From Chara braunii (taxonomy: Eukaryota > Plantae > Charophyceae), in assembly GCA_003427395.1 (NCBI GenBank), contig BFEA01000001.1, positions 4,425,331 to 4,489,330 on the forward strand: a DNA stretch of 64,000 nucleotides, in the 5' to 3' direction. The translations under genes were made by a program, and so were the position numbers. Numbering within the stretch: position 1 is the first letter of the stretch; every line of letters begins with the position of its first letter. Below the pieces are notes generated by a model. The model saw only the letters and a program-made list of their open reading frames with translations, did no database searches and was not told the origin of the DNA. Below, in pieces: positions 10,920 through 23,773 of the stretch.

Positions 10920-13900
10920 TGTCGAGCGCATCGGTCCGGCACCGCACGAAACGGGGAGGGACCCTCCCGACCGCGTCACGCAGGAGTCGGTCTGATCCTC
11001 GTCGCGAATACACAATGAAGCTTTCCGCAAGCCGCTCTGGCCGAGTGCTCCAGCCATATCTCTCGCGAGCCCCTACGACAGGATAGGGCCTACGCGAGGC
11101 ACGACTTACCTCCACCTTACCGGAGCTGTCACCTCCCTTCGGTGGGCGTATCCCCACCGAGCTACCAGTCCACAGTACGAAAGTTAATCAGTTGCAATCA
11201 CAGAGGTGGACCAACCGAGGCCGTTTCTCGTACGCTGTAGCATAGGGGGTACGCGCGGCTTTACGCCTCTATCAGACCCGCACGCGAACCGACGCCTTGG
11301 GGGGCTGAGGTCCCAAGCGCGGCTCGTCGCTGGTCGACTAGGACACATCCCACACACCATGCGTACACCACTCTAAAGAACATAAAAATAAAAACATACG
11401 CACACATATACATACCTATACAGAACGACACTGAACAAACAACGTGACAACACTCCCAGTCCCTTAGTAGTCATCCCTTAAATCTCCGATGCGGAAATTG
11501 GATAGGCGTCGCGTGCGAGACTTAGTATAAAACCGCGCGGACGTAGGGCTAACTCATATCGATTTGCAATGCAAGCATACGCAAGCAGTCGCAATGTTGG
11601 CGTACTATGTAGTACCCATACTCATGCGGTCCTCGTTAGATCTCGAGGGTCGCATCTGACACTCAAGTGTCGGCTGAGACGCGCCTTGAGAGATTGGTCT
11701 CTTGACGCTAGACAACCGCCAAGTGTGGTTGATAACCACACCCTCTTCTGCACCCTGCGGAGAGTGGGTGGTACACAGGTTCATACCTGTGGTGGCAATC
11801 GTCTCTTATCGCCCTGAAGACCAGCTTCATCATCTAGGGCCTGGAGAGAGAATCAAGGGGTTCGACTTTGACAGCTGCCACAAACTACAACGTCCAACTA
11901 AAAAAACTCTAAAAAGCAAAGGATAAAAGAGGATCTCCCTCTTCTCTCAAACGCACAATCTGTTTAACCCTTATGCGTAGTCGCAATAGGTCGCGCGAAA
12001 CACTCAAGACATATGTATTTACATGTATAGAGAGGGTTATAAATATGTGACGATCACTTCTCACAATCACAGTGGGACTCCTCTCAGCCATATATATATA
12101 TATATATGTAAGCGCAAACAGTCAAATCCAAAGTCCAAATCACAAAACATTCATGCAATCACATCAAAGATTCAACCAAAAGTCCATGCACTACACGGGG
12201 TCAACTTAAACCATTCTCTGCACTCACACCCCTTGCTTTTAGCCATACAAGTCTCACTCTTGTGCAACTCCCCAAAATAAAATACTCAGTACTTTTCTTA
12301 AATGGCCATTCAAATAAAGTCTGGGCGAAAATACAACGAAGCAATTCAAATTACAAGGTTAAAGCCTTTAGGTTGAGTGGCAAGAGTGGATTGAATTTGA
12401 GTCGTAAACCGACGAATCAGCAACCGACATGTTATCAGTGATAACAAAAGATGATCCTTGTAGGATTAAGTTAAATCTAGCCATGATTTCGAATCAAACG
12501 TTCGAGAGGACCTGTAACACAAGACAGACCAATCCCCAGACTAAACCTATAAGTCCATGGAGAATAATCTCCATATCACAATCTCACTCAAAGGTTCTCC
12601 TGTAAACTAAGTCTAAGCCTACCTCTAAGCCAATGCCTAGAGAAAAGGTAGACCTTTGATAAAATTTCCTCTATATAGAGTGAATTTCCAGGATCGCTAC
12701 CTATCGGCTTATAATATAACTCCTCTAAACTAAGAAAATTTCGGCAGTGCTTCCCGTAGGAAAACTGTCATTTCAGAATTTATAATAACTCAATTATGGA
12801 AAAAAAAATCAAACTTTAATTTAGGAAAGTCGAAATTTGTCTCTCCCTGAATTAGTAAAAATTTGGGCAGCATCTCCTTTAGAAAGGTAGGCTTCCCAGA
12901 TTTATTCTAAGTCAGATAGAAACTCAAAAGTTAGACTTGAGTTCGACTTCAAGACAAAATTTAATTAACCCCTTAGATTTGTAAAAATTTCGGTAGTGCT
13001 TCCCGTAGAGAAAGTGTTATTCCAAGATTTATACAAAACTAAGTTCAGAATCTAAAGTGACTTTGACTTGTCAAGGTCCAATTTTGTCTAACTCCCTGAA
13101 TTAACAAAAATTTTGGCAGCACTCCCTTTAGGAAAGAAGGTTTTCCATATTTTTATTAAGCCAAAAAGTCAGAAAAACTGGACTTTGAAAAATACAAAAT
13201 CTGACAAACTCCTTGGTTTTGCAGAAATTTCGGCAGTGCTTCCCGTAGAGAAAGTGACTTATAAAGATTTATAAAAGACCAAGTATAATAAATGATAAAA
13301 AAAAATGCAGAAATTGACCTCAGTAAAAATAAACTTAGCTCAGAAAATGCAGAAATTGAAACTAACTTTAATGACTCTAGCACGTGGCGAGCAACTAAAG
13401 CAACTACCTATCAACTGAAACTCAGACTACATAGTGATCTCACTCAGCCACATGCAAGCCAAATCACAAAGGTAAGTACTCTTACCATCCCAAAGTCAAT
13501 TTATCAAACAATAGTTCATAGTCTTTCAATGATTTATCCCTGCATACCCAACTTACATAAGGTATAAAGCTAGACCACCCAATCTTATGAGAACATGTCT
13601 AGCTTAACCATAGAATATACACAAACACAAGGCACTACAACTTTTCTCTTCTTTGGGCATATGACTGGGTTAACCAGCCTAGTCGCCCTGGAATATTTAA
13701 GTATCAAAGTTATATATAACTATCTGCACTTTATCTTTTAAGGCAATATATGACTGAACCGGTCATCTTATATTAGAATTCAGCCTGTCTCTTCTTACCA
13801 TAATTTTATTCTTAATTCATACTCTATTCAGTTGGTGATAAGCTATAGTCAGACCATCCAATCTTATGGAAAAATGTCTGACTAGCCTGTTCATAAGTAA

Positions 13901-16900
13901 GTAATATAAGATATAAATAAATTTAGCCTTTGGTTCCAGCATGTGCGCGGCTCCAGACCAGACCACCCAATCTTATGGGAACATATTCAGTCCTTTGCCT
14001 GAATTTGTTCCTCAGAAGTAAAACAAAAGAGAGTTAGGGTCATCCAGTCTTATGTAACGTGCCCAACTCCCTTTCGGAATTAACAAAGCATAAGAAACCC
14101 CAAAGAAAACAAGGTAACCAAGCCATCCAATCTTATGGAAAAATGATTGGTCCCTAAAAGTCAAAACACATGAAGCCCTCACAAGTCAAAGCAACCAGAT
14201 CACCCAAACTTATGGAACATGTCTGGTTCTCCAGGCAATTCAAAATAAACATAGCACCGGGCCTCCCAAACTTATGGAGACTTGCTCAACCCTTGATAGA
14301 CCCAGTCAAACTCAAGCAATACTACATTTCTCTCATCTTTCCCCCATATGCAATCTAACAATCTGCTTCCACTCAAACAATAAAACTGAAACTGACATTG
14401 TACATACATTCCTTTACTTAGTCTGAATCATATCCTAAGGTTAAGCTGAAAGTCAAAGTAGAGATACAAACAACATACTCAGTCAAAATGTAACAAGGAA
14501 TACAAATAAGGGTTATAAATGAGTTTATAGACGGAAAGCAATGGTAACCGTTCAATCCCCTGCCTCCATAAATCCTCCTGAGTCCCGGCAGAGCTCCCGC
14601 AATCGGTGAGTTAACTCCCCACAGAGTCTTGTTGCGGTCCTACGGGTTGCAATCCCGCCTGCCACGTTCCTTTGAGAACAAGATTAAACTTAGAATAAGA
14701 AGGACAAAAGGAGAGGTTTTCGGATGCTCGAGATATAAGGGGGGGACAACTCAACTCTCAGGAGAGGGTCTTGGTTCCTTGACTCGCCGGAGGGCCCTGC
14801 AATGGCCGCCAAAACATGCAGTCGCTGATCAATTGAGGTCAATCCACCAATTGTTAACTCTCCGACGATCCTCCAAATTATCTGCAAAGGCCTCCTTATT
14901 CATGCTCGATCACTCCATCAAATGCAGAATCCGCTGGCGTAGCCGGGTCACTATCCTCCTGAACCCCTGACTCAACTCCACCAGACGCCTGATCAAACTA
15001 TGGCCAAGCACGTATCTAGCCCCTGACTGGTCTTGCGATACTGCAACTCGGTAGGATGGGTGGCGTACCGGCCAGCAATCAAGCCTTCATCTCTCATCCC
15101 ACCGGTAGCTACGTCAATCGACACAATGAGTCGTACACCAGCCAACAGGTAAGCCTCTTTGCAATCTTCAACTAGAGTACCTGCCTGCCCCCAGACATGT
15201 ACACTCCCTTCCTCATACTGTATTCTAACCCCTTTCTCGTACTTTACTCGTTGCTCTCATTCTTATTCAGTCCCGCTCGACATCCCTGCATTACTCATCC
15301 TGTCTTCCTCATGGTTGTCTCTCCCTTTTTGTCACGCTAGTCGTACTCACCATGCTTTTGCCCCTTCAATAAGCCGAGCCAAAAGACCGACCAAATGCAC
15401 GGATTTATCCCTTATTTAATCAAAGCGCTCTTTCTCAGAAGTCAGACAAGCGAGTCTGCAGGTCAGTTTTTGCCGCGAGTCTCCCTCAGTACCTTTAGCC
15501 TGTATTTTCAGGGGATCCGTCTGCAACATTGGTCAGGTACATGCTCCTTACTAGATGTGCAACATGTGACTTTTCTCATGGTAACTTGTACCTGCTACCC
15601 CATACAACTTAATCTCCAGTGCTTTTTTGTATGCTCGTCCCATCACTCGACTCTCCTTACATCGGTGAGCACTACATTAAGACACAGTCGAAAGAATGAC
15701 GATCATTCGACATGTGGTCGGAATAAAGTTCACGAATCATAAGGAGGTACACCGTGGTGAGTATAGGCACCTTGTTGCAACTGCCTTTGCTCACGTTTTT
15801 ATAGGTAAGCATCTCGTATCCTATTCCATCGTGCGAAAAACAAGTGGTGGAATCTTCAACTTGAATGTGGAAAGATACCTCTCAGCTTTGAAGACCTTCT
15901 CGCATACTGCAGTGAGGTAAGTATCTCTTTTGCTCCCTCTTTCCTTCATAATCTATTCTTCGTTCTCACCTTCCATCACTTTCTTTCTCATCGACTTCAT
16001 TCTTCTTCCGTCACTAACCCCTTCTTTAGATTCAACTATGCTGTATGATTCGTCTTCATTAGGTGTGTTAAAAAGAGGATGAATCTTCCCCGAAACACGG
16101 AAAGATTCATGTTACTTTATAACGACCTTCCACTCAGGCGCAACGTCCACCTGTCGTATCTCGAAAGCTACCTACTAACACCAAAAACTAACGCCACAAT
16201 CTATTTCGCCCTCCTCACAAACATTGAAATCGACTTTTACCTTATCAGAATCCATTAAAGATTGAGAACGTACAACTCTTTTTGCTCTCTTATTATCCTT
16301 CTTCGTCGATTTTGCGCAATCCTCTCATCTTCTAACTCTAATCCTACTAACGGTTTACTGAAACTAGTTTCAGATTCGGGGTCGCATAGCCAAAAACCCC
16401 GTAGTAGAGTCTTCCTTGGCCATACTTCATCGAGTAACGACTGATATCACCCCCACCCCTCTCGTTTCTCCACTCTCACGACCTCTCCCCGTGACCTTTC
16501 TTCTTACTAATTCTAAACTCACTGACTCTCTACTACATCTGACTACAAAATCGGAGTCGCCAAGGCCAAAAACCTTCGGTTCGAGTCCTCCCTTGCCCGT
16601 TTTCATTAAGAAACAGACAAGAGTAACTCTTCCTTCCCTCACTCCTTCTTTCCGTCATAGCTCCGCGCACGTACTTTCTTTTCTGGCTCCTAACCTACTA
16701 ACTTTCTACCTAAACTGACACTATATTTGGATCCGCTCATCATAAAACCCCAAGAACCACTTCTTTTCCCACTCGATTTCATCAAGAATCGGACGGGCTT
16801 TATGTTCTTTACTCCTACCATAGCTCACTCGCTCGCTCTTCTCATCGTTGCTCTCTAATACCCTTTCTCCGAATGTACCCGGGCGAAGATTCGGGCCAGG

Positions 16901-18693
16901 TTCACCCGGTGCCTCCCTATTCAGTGCCTCCCCGACTTATGTTGACTTCAACACCACCTGCTTATACCGACTTCGACACCACCGCTCCGCATCCTGTTAT
17001 TTTCGTGGAGTCGAGGTGAAGCCGCTCTGCCTCCCTCGATAGTACTTCAACGCTATCGGGCCGGCCCCGCGTCTCCGAACATCCTAAGCAAAAATCTAAC
17101 AAAAACTGACCACTAGATGGTTCTGTAAGTCTTTCGCCCCTTGACTCAGCTCACCGAACACCTTGCACAGTCGTGCTGCCAGCACTACAGTTTGTCTTCG
17201 CCATCGTCCTCTCCCTTCACACGCACCTGTTGCATCTCCCCGTCCAGGTTCAACCCTCCCCTCAATGTCTTTCGCTCCCGTTGCTCTCTCTTCTGCCAAT
17301 CTGCGTCGTCGTGGCTTGCGGTCCTACGGCCGCATGAGCTCGGCAGGAAACTCCGAAGGGAACCGGCTAGTAGGCAGTTTCGTCTGGTCTTCGCCCCTAT
17401 GCCCCACCCGACAAACAGTGCAGCCAGCTAGTTTCGCGGCCTGCCTGCTACAGCTTCCCCTTTTCCTGCTCCACTCCGGCTTAGCCCAACACCACCTCGG
17501 GTCCGTAATGGCCAAAACCTCACTCAAACAGCTGGTCGCGACACCGAGGCGCGACCTGCTGCAAGGCCTATGGTGAACTAGGCCCGAAACGGCCCTCGGC
17601 GGTAGCAGCCACTACTCGGTGGAGCGCTTTGAAGACCGAAGCGGAAAAAGGTTTTATGTGAGCAACCACCACAGCGGCCTCCGCGCAGTGCCCCAGGCCG
17701 CTCCGCTTGAGCATAACTTGCCGTTTCCCAGGTTCCCATGGCGTGCTCACACCCAAGCCTCTCGCAACAATTAGCAGTTGGCGGACGACGCACCTGCAAA
17801 AACAGGTCCCCGCCACTCAGGTTTCTTCCGCCTAGTGGGCCGACCACCCACAACCCGCATGCATGTTAAACTCCTCGGTCCGAGTTCCAAAATACTTTTT
17901 CCCAGCGTCCCTCACCTGTAGGAACCCGCGAGTCAACCAAAAGGAGGCGCACGCTCAAGGTCCTCGACTGCCGTGACGACCCCTAAATCCTACACCACGT
18001 CTAAGTCAAAGAACGTCGAGGCCAAATAATAACACGACAGTAAAAATAAAATGCTTAGAAACTTTTAATCGTCAGAATATGACGACTGAGGAAAAAGAAA
18101 ACACGAGCGCCGTTCTGGCGACGCCTATGGCAAAACCAAGGGGAATAGCCCCGCCGGACCCTCAACTCCTCGGCCTCCTTCGCGCTACTCTGACACCCTC
18201 ATGTCATCGCCACTCGTTCTCGACCCCCGAACCTCTTTGATGAAAGTCTGATGCTGTAACCGCTAATGCTAGGCCCAAGTCGTGGTCTATCTCGGATGGG
18301 CACCTAAAATAAACTAATATTGCGCGACGCGTAGACCTACCAAAACAATCTTAAACTCACATGGTTGTCGATGCTGTCCTCCGCACGTATGCACAAATCA
18401 CAGACAAGTGCACCAATCCAGAGACAATCTTTTTAATCCAAATTTAATCAGAGGCAAAAATCTGACCGGCAGCTACGCCGACTTACACAATCATCAATCA
18501 AAAATTAAAAAGATCACTTGCGCCTCAAACCTGCGCGCCCACATACTCTCTACTTTAGTCAAACATCTAGTCAACGTAAATTACAGACACAGTCGCGCCT
18601 CGCGCGGTATACCTAAAACTTTTAAACCAAACTTATTTCCTGTCGTTTGCAAAAACCAGGGCGGATACGCTTGTAAGGGTATTCACACCAACA
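10920..18693 (-). mobile_element. Giant solo LTR (7,774 bp), subfamily A, inserted in LINE ORF1
   Basis: Ends match the family termini (TGT(T/C)GGTG(T/C)GAATACCCTTACAAG ... GGACCGATGCGCTCGACA). The 4-bp TSD ACGG is at 10916-10919 and 18694-18697. The same 3' terminus is followed by a PBS at 23756 and 55803. Confidence 0.9.
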
Positions 18694-19527
18694 ACGGGGC
18701 CAATGCGACACCAAATGGGGATGAGCCCCTCGATGCCGAATTTGCGCGCCTTCTCCCTGTGGGTGTCCTCGACACCCCTTCAGGGAGGGTTGTCAGTCAA
18801 CAGGGAAGGCGCTCTTCAACAACAGATGATACCGCCCTCAGGGATGGGTTTCCCAAGAGCCAGTGGAAGTCCCCTACGTGGCGAGTCCCCAGATAAGCAA
18901 AGAAGATTAAGTGAGGATGACGTGGACATTCAAATTGGCTTACAAACAAAGAATTTTGGTAGCTCTACCGGATCTCGGATTATCCCTTCATCTGCAGGTA
19001 AGCGTAAGTCCTCCCGTCACCGAATGGATGCTCTGTCCAAAGGTCGGGCTGTAGTAGAATCAAGGGTTCTACAACTGTTTTGTTCCTCAGCTAGGAATGA
19101 ATTTCGGTTCATCGCATGGGTTGGGGTAGAAGGTGTACCTTTTTTGTTGAACTCAGTTTGCCCTGAATTTCCCATGCCTCATGCCATGACCACGATGGCC
19201 CAATCCCTGATACGGGACAAATTTTCCATTCGTATTGTCGAAGCCCCGTTGCCCAGACTATTGGTCGAAATTGAAGGCAAGAGGTGTCGTTGTTACGTTC
19301 CTCTTTTTGATGCTCGTTTCTTACCCAACCAGTTGGAACAACTCGAACAGGAAGGCGTCTGTTTGCTTCCCTTGACCTGGCTCTTGGAAGGGAGAAAACT
19401 TGAACTGCGTCGGCTTAGGGTCTCACCCTCGGCTTCTGCCGAAGTTCTGCCTGATTTGAATATGAAATTGGGCAGAGAAAGAAAATTGGATTCCCTCTTT
19501 GTGAAGCGTTATTTAACTGAATTGTGA
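18694..19527 (+). pseudogene. LINE ORF1, 3' part
   Basis: Resumes after the TSD. A 274-aa open frame ends just before the ORF2 endonuclease. Confidence 0.7.
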
Positions 19528-19585
19528 CCCTCTCCAAACCCTGATGATGGCTCCCAGATCCAACCTGCTGGAGTGACTGCCCCTA

Positions 19586-20778
19586 ATGGGCAGGCTTAGA
19601 GTGGCTACGTGGAATGTACGTAGATTAGGGGATTCATCAGGTAGGAACAAGAAAGTCTGTCTGAAAAGTTGGACGCATACTAATAAAATTGATATCCTTT
19701 GCATTCAGGAAAGCAAACTTGTGGAGGAAAAGATTATCGGGTTGGGTGCATGGTGGGATGACCCACAGATTTGGCCGCCGGCTTTAGGTTCGAGAGGGGG
19801 TGTTGGCATTCTAATTCATAGGGATCTGCAGATGAAAATAATTGACTTTTGTGCTGATCTATGGGCAAAATGGGCTTGGGTTAAGTTATGGGTGGAAAAT
19901 CAGGAATGGGTAATTGCCTCGATTTACGCTCCGACTGATTCGTCCGCACGAACTAATTTTTCGAGGATTTCCCCTTGTTTATTCCGGAGAGCGACCATCT
20001 TATACTTGATGGGGACTGGAATGCGACGATAGATAGACAAGGGGGAGTGCGTGGTGACCGCGATGTGATAGCCCTAACGGATCTTATGTCGGAATTAGAC
20101 CTGATTGAGCCATACCCGTTGCTGCACCCCACAAAGTCGGGCTATACTTGGTTTTTGAACGTCAGAGACGAAATTGGTATGATCAGCAGAAGGTTGAATC
20201 TTTTTTTTTTTTTCACCATCTGTTTGACATGTCACTGCCCAGATTAAGGAAACTCAAAACCCAATCTAAGACCATAAACCTGTTGTCGTTTTTTTAAATG
20301 TCCAAAAGTTGGAAAGAGGTTCGGGGTACTTTATAGTTAATACTCAAATTCCGAAGGACCCTGGGTGGTTGATTGGCTGAGGAGATTTTGAAAAGACTCG
20401 AAGGATAATGAGGACTCCTTCCAATCCAAAGATGCGTATTGGGATGATGGGGTCCGGATCTTTTCAAGTCACCTGAACATTTTCTCACGTATCTTGGCTG
20501 CTAATTGAAGAGATAAAGAACATGACCTGATTCGGAAAATCGAATATGTTGAGTCTCGTATGAGGTATCATCCGATATCTAACTTGGCTTGGGGCCCCAT
20601 CATGAAAAAATTCCTCGCTGAATGGGATACCCTCCAGATTGATGAGTCAGATGCTTGGGTTGAACGTTTGAAGGTAAAAAGTATAGTTGTCTACGATCGC
20701 ATAACCCGTGAAACCTTTCAAAAACTCTCCCCAAAACGTCTCACACGGTCGATAATAGAATTGAGGCATCCCTTCGAC
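19586..20778 (+). pseudogene. LINE ORF2 APE-type endonuclease, frameshifted and truncated before RT
   Basis: Motifs VATWNVR.L, DILCIQESK, GGVGILI, ASIYAP, GDWNA, GYTW and a DH motif. It is truncated by an LTR fragment at ~20779. Confidence 0.92.
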
Positions 20779-23753
20779 TATGAGTTTGTGTTTGATTTTC
20801 AGGGACCAAGCATTTTTCCATAAGATTGTTTGACTTGGTTGCCTTGTTTCTTTGAGGCTTTCCTATATTTTGTTAGTTTATGAAACAGAGTTGGGCATGT
20901 TTGATAAAATTGGATGACCTTGACTCTCTTTTGTTTTATTCTGAGAAGGAATTTAGGCAAAGGATTGGACAGGTTCCCATAAGATTAGGTGGTCTGGTCT
21001 GAAGCCACACACATGATGAAACCAAAAGGTTATAACTTGACTGTATTTTATCACTATCATACTTATGAGCATGCTAGTCAGAAAGGGTTTCATAAGTTTG
21101 GGTGGTTTGACTATAGCTTATCACAAACTGAAGACATTATTAACTAAGAATAAATTTGTGGTAAGAAGGGGCAGGCTGAACCTCGAGCTAAAAATGATCG
21201 ATTGAGTTATATGCTACCTTAAAATATTAAGTGCAGATAATTATATAAAGCTTGGATATTTAAACAGTTCAGGGCGACTATGGTGGCCTAGTCATATGCC
21301 CAAAGAAAAGAAAAGTTGTTGTGCCCTGTGTTTGTCTATATTCAATGACTGAGCTAGACATGTTCCGTAAGTTTGACTGGTCTAGCTTTATGCCTTTTGT
21401 AAGCTGGGTATAAAGAGATAAATCATTGAAAGACTATGAACTATTGTTTGATAAGGTTGACTTGGGGTTTGTGAGAGTACTTACCTTTGTGGTTTGGCCT
21501 TGCATGTGGCTGAGTGAGATTACTACTTAGTCCGAGTTTCAGTTTGACAAGTAGTTGTTTTAGGTGCTCGCCACGTGCTAGAGCTATAAGAGTTAGTTTC
21601 AGTTCCTGCATTTTCTGGGCTAATTTCTTTTTTACATAGATCAAATTCTGCATTTTATGGGATCTTTTGTTATACTTAGCTTTGTATAAATTTTGGTAAG
21701 TTACTTTCTCTACGGGAAGCGCTGCCGAAATTTCTGCAAATCCAAGGAGTTAGTCAAAATTTGACTCTTCAAAGTTCAACTTGGCTAATTTTTATATGGC
21801 CTAGTAAAAATATGAAAAATTTCATTTTCTAAAGGGAGTGCTGCCAAAAGTTTTGTTAATTCAGGGAGTTAGACAAAGTTGGACCATGAGAAGTCAAAGT
21901 CATTTTAAATTTTTGAACTTCGCTTTGTATAAATCTTGGAATAACACTTTCCTAAAGGGAGTGCTGCCGAAAGTTTTACAAATCTAAGGACTTACTTAAA
22001 TTTTATTTTAATTGAACTCAAGTTTTGTTTTTGAGTCCATATCTGACTTAGTAAAAATTTGGAAAGTCTTCTTTTCTAAAGGGAGTGCTGCCCAAACTTT
22101 TGCTAATTCAGGGAATTAAACAAAATTTGACTTTGAAAAGTTGAAGATATATTTTTGTTTTCATTTTCAGGTTGATATAAATTATGGAAAGACACTTTTC
22201 CTACGGGAACACTACCGAAATTCTCTTAGTTTAAAAGGGTTAGATTATATTTCGACAGATGACGATTCTGGTGATCCACTCTGTATAGGGAAGATTATGT
22301 CGTACGTCTACCTTTCTTTGGGCATTGGCTTGGATGTAGACATAAATTTAGTTATCAAAATGATTTTGAGTGAGAACGTGATATGAAGATTTATTATCCG
22401 TACACTTATAAGTTAGTTTGGGCGTTAACCTGTCTTGTGTTAAGGGTCCCACAATGATCATCTTCTGTTATCGCTTATAACAGGTCGGTTGGTTGATCGC
22501 CGACTTGTCAGCTCACGACACAACTTGCTCCTACCTGTACCTGAGCTTGATGCCTTAGCCTTGAGATTTGACATGTTGCTTTGAGGGTTTTAACCGAACT
22601 TCTTTTAATGACCATTATAAAGAACTTATGAGATTTATATAAAGTTGGACTATGACTGGGGTTTGAGTGTGTGAGGCGTGGTGTGAGTTACAGGGGATAG
22701 TAAAGTTGACCACATTTGTGTATGGCAATGTGGCTATTGTGTGTATCTGTATTTTATGCAGGTTAGTATTTGAAGCTTAGTATATGAGTCGTACTTTAGA
22801 GGCAGTGAAAATGACAATCACGTGTCGCACGATCTGCATATCTGATGGGTCTATATTTCCCCTTCTTTTATTTTATCTTGAGTCCTGATTTGATATATGA
22901 GTGTTGGGATGTGTATTTATTTATCGGGTGATTTTGCTTGTCAATTTTTATAGCTGGACATTGTAGTCCGTGGCAGCCGTCAATGTCAAACCCCTTGACT
23001 TATCTCCAGGCCCTGGATGATAGAGCTGGTATCCAGGACAATAAAAGACGATTGCCACCACAAGTATGAACCTGTGTACGTCATCGTTGTGACCGCTCGC
23101 GTAAGCATGCATTGCTAGTCGATATGAGAAGACCCTACGTCCGCGCGGTTTTATACTACGTCTCACGCGAGACGCCTATGCGATTTCCGCATCGGAGAGT
23201 TATCGGATGACTACTAAGGGACGAAGAGTGTTGTTGTGTTATTTGTCCTATGTCGTTCTGTATATGTGCGTGTGAATGCGTGTTTTAATTTTTATGTTCT
23301 TAGAGTGGTGTATGCGTGGTGCGTGGGATGCGTCCTAGTCGACCGACGACGGGTCCCGCTTGGGATTTCAACCCCCCAAGACGTCGGCTCGCGTGCGGGT
23401 CCAATAGAGGCGTAAAATCGCTCGTACCCCCTATGCTACAGTGAACGAGAAACGCCCTCGACTGGTTCACCTCTACGATTGCAACTGATTAACTTTCGTA
23501 CTATGGACTGGTAGCTCGGCGCGGATACGCCTACCGAAGGGAGGTGATAGCTCCCGTTAGGTGGAGGTAAGTCGTGCCTCGCGTAGGACCTATCCTGTCG
23601 TAGGGGCTCGCGAGAGGTATAGCTGGCGCACTTGGCTGGAGCGGCTTGCGGAAGCTCCATGTGTATTCGTGACGAGGAACATATTGACTCTTGCGTGATG
23701 CGGCCTGGAGGGTCCCGCCCTGCTTGTGCGGTGCCGAACCGATGCGCTCGACA
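20779..23753 (+). mobile_element. 5'-truncated giant LTR, subfamily A (5' LTR of an element)
   Basis: Collinear with the reverse complement of 10920-14180. Ends CGATGCGCTCGACA and is followed by a PBS. Confidence 0.88.
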
Positions 23754-23755
23754 GG

Positions 23756-23773
23756 TGACGTCGTTGCCAGGGA
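23756..23773 (+). promoter_or_regulatory. Primer binding site, tRNA-Asp type
   Basis: TGACGTCGTTGCCAGGGA compared with the Athila-type TGGCGCCGTTGCCGGGGA, 2 nt after the LTR end. Confidence 0.75.
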
